A stretch of DNA of 32,000 nucleotides from Promethearchaeia archaeon (GTDB lineage Archaea; Asgardarchaeota; Lokiarchaeia; Sigyniarchaeales; SOKP01): assembly GCA_046497275.1 (NCBI GenBank), contig JAWOFX010000186.1, positions 1 through 32,000 of the forward strand, read 5' to 3'. A model generated the notes under the pieces. That model saw only the letters and a program-made list of their open reading frames with translations, searched no databases and was not told the origin of the DNA. Made by a program: the position numbers and the translations under genes. Within the stretch, counting starts at the first letter, position 1; every line of letters starts with the position of its first letter. Shown piece after piece: positions 7,777 to 16,121 of the stretch.

Positions 7777-9867
7777 TTATGCCCCCTCTATTGTTTTATT
7801 TGCATTTAAAAAATCAAGAGTTAATTTTTGTCCGTTATATTCTATTATGGTTTGCATACTCCCAAATGTCTGATTGCAGTATGGACTTTCAAATCGCTCA
7901 TATGGTCCTAGATCGATTATTTGATCCTCCACCTTCATTTCCCCATCCCAACTTACCCGAATTTTTCCTTTAGAGGGGGAATTGTAAATGATTTCATACC
8001 CTATAGATTTTTTTGAGATTCCAATATTTGCATTCAGAATTTTGGCTATAAAATCTTCATAGGAATCGAAAGCATCATCATCAACACTTCCTAATTCAAC
8101 TATCCATGCATTTTTCTTTCCTTCCGCTCTTAGTTCATAATTGCTTTTCCACTCTGTTGGGTTATTTGAATATAAAGCTACGAAGCTGTCATTTCGCCGT
8201 CCAAATACCCAATTGTTTGATTTATTCCATTCATTAAAAGCCCAACGTGGGAAATATGCGTGTGTATATGATTTCTCTCCTAAAAATTCTTGAACTAATT
8301 CTAATATAAGCGATTGAGCGCGTCGGTCATATTGGATAATACCCACATTTTCATATAAAGTCGCACGGGGTTTCCAACCACTCGTGAATTTTTGATCACT
8401 AGCACTAAGGGCACTTGGAGAGCTAGTAAATATAGTAGCATTTCCGTCCAAGCAAGCTTGCCAGATAAGTTCTTGAAGACCATTCATTCCTTTTTGATGA
8501 TCCTGGACCCCAGACAATTGGTAATAGGGAGTTTTATATGTATAGGTGTTAGCAGTCTCGAGGGACACACCCTGAGTGATATCCTTTATTATATGACTAA
8601 AATCTTTCAGAGAAGTTCCATAAATAGTGGCTCCAATATCAAATAAATCAACAAAAGCTTCATCGTTAAATATCAATGCGGGATCTAACTCATAAGTATT
8701 CATAATTCTTAAAGAAGATTCTAATACTGGAGGAGCTGCAGGAGCAGACATTGGCCACCAAAACATAAGATCTGATTCGGTTTCATATCCAAATCCATAA
8801 TTAGGACCCTCTGAGATATCTATATTATTCCTTGATTTATGAATATGGGTATTTGTATTTGCGGTCGCATTTGCTATATCTTCTAATATTTTAGGAGTGA
8901 AATAATTCCCTGTTGCCATAAATACGGCAGCCCCGTTTTCTCCAGTAGTTATATCATCTGATCCAATACCAAGCATCAACCAAGCTGGTTCTGCAGTTGA
9001 CTCTTTTTCGGGAGGATTAGATGCGGAAGTACCTACTTGTTTTTCATCCTCAGTTCTTCCGTGGGCAGTGGCATAAAAACCTTTATAATAATTATTTGCA
9101 AAATCAAATCCGATTAAATCAATTAGCATTTCTGCTTTTTTTTGAATGGTAGTATTCTGAGCGAAATCCACCAAATTTAATAAAGCAGTTAAATCAAGGC
9201 GATAATAAATATTTGAATGCCACTCTGCAAACCCAAACTTAGCTCTCCAATCAAGCCAACGGTTCACTAAAGGAAGAGCATGTTCGATATGTTGGGATCC
9301 ATTCCATCCTGAATTAGGAAATATGGTATTAGGAAATAATTGACCAGCTAATAATTCCGCCGTATGGAATAAGATCATATGATTTTCAGTCCAAAAGATC
9401 ATCTCATCTGGACCTGATTCTGTAAACCAATACTTAAAATTTAAAATGGCATCTTTTATGCTATCATTCAAGCCAGAGGGGATATTATATTTGCCAAGAT
9501 CTAAATACATCATTCTTAGTAATGTATTCATATCAAAATCCGAACAATCTTCTCTGATATTGATTTTATCGAGGGATTGGTTGATCCTTGCTTCATTATA
9601 TTCTGTCTCATTCAGATATACTTTGGCACATTGAGCATTAAATCCATCGCTATTATTTGCTAAATCCAAATACATATCTTTACGTTCCGTAAAATTTAAA
9701 TCAGAGAGATAATACGAGGATGGATTCGCAAAATCATCAAGATCAGTATTTATCTCCCCTTCTTTAATTATACCAGACGGTTTTGGAATCAAAGTAGGTA
9801 TAAATATTATAATTGGCATAAGCACTAATATTACTGCGATAATAAGAAGTTGAATGTATTTTTTCAT
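7777..9867 (-). CDS. Membrane-anchored extracellular protein, possibly alginate-lyase/heparinase-like (alpha-toroid + beta-sandwich), 696 aa
   Basis: Single N-terminal TM helix, many NxS/T sequons, WTENH and GFAEWHSNIYY segments. ATG 9867 is preferred over TTG 9882 because GGTG lies upstream. Fold assignment is tentative. Confidence 0.45.
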   Translation of the reverse strand: MKKYIQLLIIAVILVLMPIIIFIPTLIPKPSGIIKEGEINTDLDDFANPSSYYLSDLNFTERKDMYLDLANNSDGFNAQCAKVYLNETEYNEARINQSLDKINIREDCSDFDMNTLLRMMYLDLGKYNIPSGLNDSIKDAILNFKYWFTESGPDEMIFWTENHMILFHTAELLAGQLFPNTIFPNSGWNGSQHIEHALPLVNRWLDWRAKFGFAEWHSNIYYRLDLTALLNLVDFAQNTTIQKKAEMLIDLIGFDFANNYYKGFYATAHGRTEDEKQVGTSASNPPEKESTAEPAWLMLGIGSDDITTGENGAAVFMATGNYFTPKILEDIANATANTNTHIHKSRNNIDISEGPNYGFGYETESDLMFWWPMSAPAAPPVLESSLRIMNTYELDPALIFNDEAFVDLFDIGATIYGTSLKDFSHIIKDITQGVSLETANTYTYKTPYYQLSGVQDHQKGMNGLQELIWQACLDGNATIFTSSPSALSASDQKFTSGWKPRATLYENVGIIQYDRRAQSLILELVQEFLGEKSYTHAYFPRWAFNEWNKSNNWVFGRRNDSFVALYSNNPTEWKSNYELRAEGKKNAWIVELGSVDDDAFDSYEDFIAKILNANIGISKKSIGYEIIYNSPSKGKIRVSWDGEMKVEDQIIDLGPYERFESPYCNQTFGSMQTIIEYNGQKLTLDFLNANKTIEGA

Positions 9868-10143
9868 CTTTTTTAACACCAAATTTATTAGATTTTTTAT
9901 TAGATTTTGAGTTTTTTAATAAAAAATTAAAATTATTGTTGTTAATCATTATTTTTGATACAGAACCTAATAAATTTTTTTTTAATGTTTAATAATCCAA
10001 ATAAATTTTGACAGAACTTTTGGTTGTACTTTATTTTCTAAAAATTTTTAGCTCATTAAAATTACTTATAAGGAAGAGATCTTTATAAAACCTGATTTAA
10101 ACATTAATACAATGAAAAATAAATATAAAAAAAGATAAAAAAA

Positions 10144-11292
10144 CTACGTTTTCTCTAATTCCATCTCTCTAATTGCCTTACCACTTCTAAATGGGGTATC
10201 TTCAACCGATTCTCCTGCGCGATACTTAAATTCCTTTTGAAACTGCTCATTTAGAGACTGAAAAATTAGCGAAAGTGGTATATTCATAGGACAATTATTC
10301 GCACAATTTCCACATTCTACACATCGATCAGCAACATGGGCAATGCGCGTTAACTGATAACTTACATTATCAATATTTTTTTCCTTCCGCTTTTTCTGAA
10401 GGATACAATCGACGCAATAACATACTGGACAGCCCCTAATACACATTCCGCACATAGTGCATTTCTGAAGCTGTTCCAGTTTTTCCTTTTGAGATAATTT
10501 ATTCCATTCTTCGAGATCCTTCGCTCGTTTTTCTTCTGCAGTCTTAAGAATCTCAGCCATTTTGTCTTCATGTGCTTTTTTAATATCACTTGGTAGTTTT
10601 TCAGCCTTAATTCCTGATTTATCGATTAATTCGCCTGCAGCATCACTATGAACTTTTAAGATAATATTTTCATCTTCAATAGGAATTCCAATATCACTAA
10701 TAGAAATGTCTGCGATTATAGGTTGCTTTCGAATACATCTCGAGCAATTATCAGCAATTTCGATTCCTACTTGTTTTGTCTTTCCATCATCAAGTAAAAA
10801 TAATAATCCATCATCCGTGATTTTCTCCTTTACGATTTTTGTGGTATCAAGATCCTTCTCGCTTCGAAGTTCCCGTGAGACATTTAATGTCATTCCGCGA
10901 TCTTCAATTCCAATGATAAATAAGTTATCTAAATTCACTTGTTTTATTTTGCTCAATTCTATTAATGCTCTTGTATCGCAAGGTCGAGCTATTAAAGCGA
11001 TTTTCTCATTTTTCGCTCCATCTGCGCTTGCATGTAAGAATTTAGAGGCAGAATCCGTTCGGGCGTATCCATAGGTAATTAAATTAGACACGGGAAAACT
11101 TTCAATCTCCTCGGGTTTTTCCCATAATTTTGGAGAGATTGAAAATCGATCTACTTCACCGGATTTTTTACTTACTTTTACTTCTGCGCCGATTATTTTA
11201 TCAACCATTCCCTCTTTCAATAAGGTCTTTAACAATGTAGGGAAGTCTTTTTCTTTTATGAGATATTCTGCTTGTGTTTCCACAGCTTTCAA
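10144..11292 (-). CDS. FdhB/FrhB-family (F420-binding beta-subunit-like) protein with C-terminal 2x[4Fe-4S]
   Basis: ARPCDTRALIEL, CSRC, CTMCGMCIRGCPVCYCVDC and RCVECGNCANNCP; TTG start. Confidence 0.75.
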   Translation of the reverse strand: MKAVETQAEYLIKEKDFPTLLKTLLKEGMVDKIIGAEVKVSKKSGEVDRFSISPKLWEKPEEIESFPVSNLITYGYARTDSASKFLHASADGAKNEKIALIARPCDTRALIELSKIKQVNLDNLFIIGIEDRGMTLNVSRELRSEKDLDTTKIVKEKITDDGLLFLLDDGKTKQVGIEIADNCSRCIRKQPIIADISISDIGIPIEDENIILKVHSDAAGELIDKSGIKAEKLPSDIKKAHEDKMAEILKTAEEKRAKDLEEWNKLSQKEKLEQLQKCTMCGMCIRGCPVCYCVDCILQKKRKEKNIDNVSYQLTRIAHVADRCVECGNCANNCPMNIPLSLIFQSLNEQFQKEFKYRAGESVEDTPFRSGKAIREMELEKT

Positions 11293-11430
11293 CTCGTAAT
11301 CTTTATAATTTTATAATTTTGAAAAATAATTTATGGTGAGAAACATAAATTCTTAGTTCATATACGTTTCGTTTCTATTATTTTCCAATTTGATTTTTTA
11401 TTTTTTAATTTTATTAAATACTTTATGTGT

Positions 11431-11502
11431 TTAAATGGGGCTTCCATTTCTTCAACAAGATTCTCATTTTTTCAACCTTGTCTCATTAGGACACACATTT
11501 AA
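11431..11502 (-). promoter_or_regulatory. SECIS element, eukaryote-like (AUGA / apical A-run / GA)
   Basis: Minus-strand RNA: UUAAAUG..CCUA-AUGA-GACAAGGUU-GAAAAAAUGAG-AAUCUUGUU-GA-AGAAAUGG..CAUUUAA. Contains a 9-bp upper stem (two G.U), an A6 loop, a tandem G.A core (11483-11486 / 11452-11453) and a 7-bp lower helix. Starts 2 nt after the stop of a UGA-containing gene. Confidence 0.9.
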
Positions 11503-11504
11503 TT

Positions 11505-11924
11505 TTATGAGGAGCTTTCTTTTAAAGGATTTCCACCCAATCCTTTAATAGTATTATAGAATTCTGTGGCTACTTCTTTAAACCTTGCGCCTTCAGCAGA
11601 ACTGCAAAATTCCATTCTAAGTCTCTCAGGTGCGATTCCTGCTGAATTTAACACATCTTTTAGATATTCTACGCTACGATACGCAAATTTATTTCCTGTC
11701 TCGTAATCACACTCTCCTGGATGTCAGCCGACGATTAATACCCCATCAGAACCCCTTCCGAATGCGCGCATAACAAGATCTGCTCCAACTCGTCCGGTAC
11801 ATGGAACAATAATTATTCTATATGCTGTTGGATATTGGGCGCGAATTGTGCCTGCCATATCAGCTCCTCCGTATCCTCATTTTCTACAACAAAATGCGAT
11901 TATCTTAATTCCATTATTTGTCAT
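11505..11924 (-). CDS. mvhD: Selenocysteine-containing MvhD/VhuD ([2Fe-2S] hydrogenase delta subunit), 139 aa, 2 Sec
   Basis: Absent from the ORF track. IAFCCRK-U-GYGGADMAG (TGA 11877-11879, codon 16), CTGRV, GVLIVG-U-HPGECDY (TGA 11724-11726, codon 67), ERLRMEFCSSAEG; ends TAA at 11505-11507. Confidence 0.95.
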
Positions 11925-11931
11925 TTTATTT

Positions 11932-11936
11932 ACCTC
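11932..11936 (-). promoter_or_regulatory. Shine-Dalgarno GAGGT for mvhD in the 13-nt hdrA-mvhD gap
   Basis: TAA-AGAGGTAAATAAA-ATG on the minus strand. Confidence 0.7.
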
Positions 11937-11937
11937 T

Positions 11938-13896
11938 TTACTCTGCAATAGGTAGTAATGCATCAATAAATGCATCATATTGATTATCTTTATAATGTGC
12001 TAATTCTATAGCTTTTGAAGGACACAAGGATTCACAAATTCCGCATCCTCTACAGCTAATGATATCCACTTCTATTAAGTTTTTTCCATTGATTGAAATC
12101 GCACCGTAAGGACATGCCTCAACACATTTATAACATTTCGCACATCGTTCATCATTTGGTTGAGCTCGAATTAGCTCTATTATGTATTCCTCGTTTTTCA
12201 TCGGGATACTTGCTTCAGAGGCTGCTCCTTTTGCTTGACTTACCGTAAGGTCTATTGATTTTTGGGCTTGACAAGAACCCGCAATATAGATTCCCGGAGT
12301 TTTTGTTGATATGGGATCTAATCGTGGATGTGCTTCTTTTAGAAAGCCATCCGGAGTCTTTTCCAAATTCATCACTTTAGCAATTTCATCTGTACCTTTA
12401 GATGGAAGTGATGCTGAAGAGAGTATCACCATATCAAATTCTTTTTCAATGATTGTATCTGTTCCCACCGGTTCTAATTTAACTATGAGATTTTTTGTTT
12501 CGGGATCTTCTTGTATATCTCCCACCATTCCTTTTACAAATAATATGCCTTGATTTCGTGCCCGCCGATAATATTCTTCATACATCTTACCACCAGCACG
12601 AATATCTATATAGCATACCATTATCTCAGAATCGGGATACTCTGATTTGATAAGCTTGGAATTTTTTATCGAAAGATTGCAGCACACCACGCTACAATAT
12701 TCATGTGTTTTTAAACTTCTCGATCCCACGCAATTAATGAAGAGTATCCTTTTAGGTCGTTCTCCATCAGATGGTCGTTTTAAATGTCCTAGTGTTGGTC
12801 CGTTTGGTGCGATTATTCGTTCCAATTGTACTTGTGTTATAACGTTATCATATATTCCATACCCATAATCATCTCCTTGGTAAAGATCCCAACCAGTTGC
12901 AATTATTATTGTTCCTACTTCTAACTCAACAATTTCATCTTGTTGACTAAAATCAATCGATTCATTATCACAAGCGTCTACACATGCAAAACATTCTACA
13001 CATGAATCTCGTTCAATGTTAGAAATTGCAGGAACTGCTTGCGCAAATGCAATATCAATACATTTTCGAGCAGAAAGGTTCTCGTCAAAATAGTTTGGCA
13101 CATATATAGGACATACATCAGTACAAGATCCGCACCCAGTTCAAAGTGTTTCATTAACATATCGCGCTTTGCGTTTTACTTTCACGTTAAAATTCCCAAT
13201 ATATCCATCTACATCTACAACTTCACTATATGATAAAATTTCGACGTTTTTATTACGCTCAACTTCTAGCATTTTAGGTCCCAAGATTCAGATACTGCAA
13301 TCATCAGTTGGAAATGTTCTATCAAGTTGAGCCATTCTTCCTCCTATGGTAGTCTCTTTCTCCACTAAGTACACTTTATATCCCTCATTTGCTAAATCTA
13401 GTGCAGCATTTATTCCCCCAATTCCACCACCGATTACTAGAGCCTCTGGTTTTACGGATACTTTTTTCGTTGGAATATCTTCTAATAACCTAGACCTTCC
13501 AATACCTGCTTTAACTAATTCAATTGCTTTCTCTGTTGCCTCCTCTCGTACATCGGGATCTTGATGAACATAAGAACATTGCTCTCTTATATTAACAAAT
13601 TCAAGATGTCTTGGTGGCAAACCTGCTTCTTTCAAAATATCCATAAATACTGGTTCATGAGTAAGAGGAGTTCAAGCTGCTAAAACTATTCTATCAAAAC
13701 CTTTTTCTGCGATCTGTTCTTTCATGAATTCTGCGCCACCAGACGTACACATGTTTAGATATTCGTATGCGTTTACATTCTCTTCTTTATCAATCTCTTC
13801 GACAATCTTCGGTACATCGAGTATTCCTGCCACGTTTACACCTCAGCGACAGATAAAAGCTCCTACGTTTTCCTTGGTCTGTTCATCATCAGACAT
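11938..13896 (-). CDS. hdrA: Selenocysteine-containing heterodisulfide reductase subunit A, 652 aa, 4 Sec
   Basis: One frame joins track ORFs 13288-13644 and 11938-13101 plus upstream sequence. FICR-U-GVNVAG (TGA 13843-13845, codon 18), LAA-U-TPLTHEP (13672-13674, codon 75), FPTDDCSI-U-ILGPKM (13288-13290, codon 203), ETL-U-TGCGSCTDVCP (13141-13143, codon 252). Also GGGIGG FAD motif, CVGSR, YCSVVCC and C-terminal 2x[4Fe-4S]. Confidence 0.95.
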
Positions 13897-13997
13897 TTTT
13901 CTCACTCTTAGAAAGTAATACCTCCTAATATCTTGAGATTTACTTGTTTTTGATTTATAATTATTATTAGTATTTATTTTAATTGGTAAAATTAAGA

Positions 13998-14020
13998 TTT
14001 GTTCTTAAAATTTGTTCTTA
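13998..14020. repeat. 10-bp direct repeat TTTGTTCTTA (13-bp period) upstream of Sec-hdrA
   Basis: Copies at 13998-14007 and 14011-14020. Confidence 0.6.
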
Positions 14021-14178
14021 TCAAGAATCATTGAATTCTTTAAAATTATCGATATTTCATAATCATCAATCCAGTAAGATAAAGTCTGAATTTTTTGGCT
14101 TTATTTAACTTGAGGATCTTTTTCTGAATTTTTGATCTATTCCATATTTTTTTAATTTGACCTTTCCTATAAAGTATT

Positions 14179-14502
14179 ATGGAAATTATTGCGATGGGAG
14201 AATTACGTGCCTTTTTGAAGGATCAACTCTCAAATTGGAAAGATCCGGTCATCTTCATTAGTTCAGATTTTATCCCTGGATGTCCGAAATGTAATAGTAA
14301 TGCAACTGTTTATTATATTAAATTAACTGAAAGAATATCGATTCCGAATGAACAGAATGTAATAAAAGCAGAGAAGCATAAATTTCCAATTGATATTTAT
14401 GTGAAATATCCTTTCATGAAGGGAATACCTCAGAAAATAGTTATAGGGACAAGAGATTCGAGGGGTGGTTTAGAAATGATTCTAAGACGTGTGATTGATT
14501 GA
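14179..14502 (+). CDS. Hypothetical protein (107 aa) with a single CPKC
   Basis: ORF with ATG start, divergent from hdrA; no family recognised. Confidence 0.5.
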   Translation: MEIIAMGELRAFLKDQLSNWKDPVIFISSDFIPGCPKCNSNATVYYIKLTERISIPNEQNVIKAEKHKFPIDIYVKYPFMKGIPQKIVIGTRDSRGGLEMILRRVID

Positions 14503-14531
14503 ATCTATAGACACAAATATTCAATTAAGTT

Positions 14532-15143
14532 TTATTCGAAGCTTTGATTCTGTTTACTTTTTTGATATTGTTTTAAGATATTATTTGCGATATCTTGATA
14601 TTCTGAAATTGCCTTCTGAGAAAATTCTTCTAATAATTTTTCAAAATCCTTTTTCACATTTGCCCATGCTATTCTATAATTCAAATAATCCCAATCAATG
14701 GAATCAGAGTTTGCAATTAAAATTTGAATAATATCATCAATATCTATCAAAGTTCGATCGGATCTTGCTAGTTTTGTTAATATGAAATCTTCAATTGATA
14801 GAACTCTTATATTTTTGTCGATATGAAATGTTCTCTCTCTCATTTTTTGATCCCAGTCAAATTTATCGCATGGTTTTAACCAAATCTCAGCTTCATTTTT
14901 TTTTCCAAATATTGTGAATAGATCATGATTTATTTTGGGATTTTGTTGTGTTTGAATCCCATATTTAGAGAGAGTCTCAACTAGTCTATTTAATTTTTTT
15001 TGAGATTCAACATATATAGCTATATCTATATCTAATGTAGTTCTACCGACATTATAAGCTGGGAGAGCTAATCCACCTATAAGAACGGAGGTAATATTAA
15101 GTTTAGATCCAATATTAAAAAAGAGCTCAGTTAGACTCATCAT
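14532..15143 (-). CDS. Nucleotidyltransferase (Pol-beta superfamily, DUF6036/AbiEii-like)
   Basis: LIGGLAL...RTTLDIDIAI catalytic motif; LSIEDFILTKL...DIDDI. Confidence 0.75.
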   Translation of the reverse strand: MMSLTELFFNIGSKLNITSVLIGGLALPAYNVGRTTLDIDIAIYVESQKKLNRLVETLSKYGIQTQQNPKINHDLFTIFGKKNEAEIWLKPCDKFDWDQKMRERTFHIDKNIRVLSIEDFILTKLARSDRTLIDIDDIIQILIANSDSIDWDYLNYRIAWANVKKDFEKLLEEFSQKAISEYQDIANNILKQYQKSKQNQSFE

Positions 15144-15297
15144 TTATTTCTATTAATTTAATTAAATCCTTAATAATTTGTTGACGTGTTTTCCCTTTTT
15201 TAAGTAATTTTTGAAAATTCTCTACTTTTTTAAAAGCTCTCTCTATATCAGAAGGGGAAAGAATCATTGGCGCTCGTTCTTTTTTATTTTTAGACAT
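15127..15297 (-). CDS. Small basic helical protein (56 aa), candidate partner/antitoxin of the nucleotidyltransferase
   Basis: MSKNKKERAPMILSPSDIERAFKKVENFQKLLKKGKTRQQIIKDLIKLIEINDESN*. Absent from the track (shorter than any ORF it lists); its 3' end overlaps the NTase start by 17 nt. Confidence 0.55.
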   Translation of the reverse strand: MSKNKKERAPMILSPSDIERAFKKVENFQKLLKKGKTRQQIIKDLIKLIEINDESN

Positions 15298-15532
15298 ATT
15301 AAATCGAATTTTCTCTTGAAACTTTTATATTGAATTATTTTTCTATTTAAAAAAATTCTTGAAATAAATATAATTTTATCCATATTAAAGAATTTCTTTA
15401 ATTAACATATCTTTTCCTTGATATAATAAATTAAAGACCATCCAAATTTTATGTCTTTTATGTATTTTTTCCTTTTGGATAAATTTTAAATAATATTTTA
15501 TAAAAAAAAATCTAAATAAGCAAGACATCATT

Positions 15533-15943
15533 TTAAGATGTTAATTTTTTCATCACTTTTTCTAATTCCTCATCACTCGCTTGCTTTTTAGGAATATTTA
15601 GTGAAATTTTTCTATCTCTTCTATTTCGAGGGATAATATGTACGTGAGAATGTTCTACCATTTGCCCAGCGGCCCTAAAATTATTCTGTATAATGTTATA
15701 TCCATCAATATCTAATTTATCATGGATTAAGGATGCCACTTTTTTAACGGTTTTAAATAGATTAGAGACTTCTTCATCTGGAAGGCTTTCTATGGTTGAA
15801 TAGTGCTTTTGGGGAATCACTATTGTATGGCCTTGCGATATTGGATTAATATCAAGGAACGCCATATTCGTATCATTCTCAAATACAATTTTTGATGGAA
15901 TTTGACCATTTACTATCTTACAAAAAATGCAATCTTCATTCAA
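15533..15943 (-). CDS. HIT-family nucleotide hydrolase
   Basis: DCIFCKI, AFLDINP...GHTIVIP, histidine triad EHSHVHIIP; TTG start. Confidence 0.92.
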   Translation of the reverse strand: MNEDCIFCKIVNGQIPSKIVFENDTNMAFLDINPISQGHTIVIPQKHYSTIESLPDEEVSNLFKTVKKVASLIHDKLDIDGYNIIQNNFRAAGQMVEHSHVHIIPRNRRDRKISLNIPKKQASDEELEKVMKKLTS

Positions 15944-16121
15944 TTCTATTCTTCTCTTTTCATTGAGTAATTGATTATTTTTGAAAATGTCTCGTAGATT
16001 AATAAGTTTTAAGCTTTAAATTTAAATAATAAAATCTCCTTAAATTTAGATACGGGTAGAAGCGATCCTCGTTTTTCAACTCTTAAAAAAATAAAAATTA
16101 AATAATTAGGAGTTTTCAATT

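Noticed and set aside
10038-10056. ATGA followed by palindrome CTAAAAATTTTTAG (minus strand) as a second SECIS
   Set aside because: A loopless A/T palindrome without a correctly placed 3' GA core or apical A loop, and the upstream gene has no UGA.
11505-13896. hdrA/mvhD as pseudogenes with nonsense mutations
   Set aside because: All six internal stops are TGA, all lie at conserved Cys positions, there are no frameshifts, and a SECIS follows.
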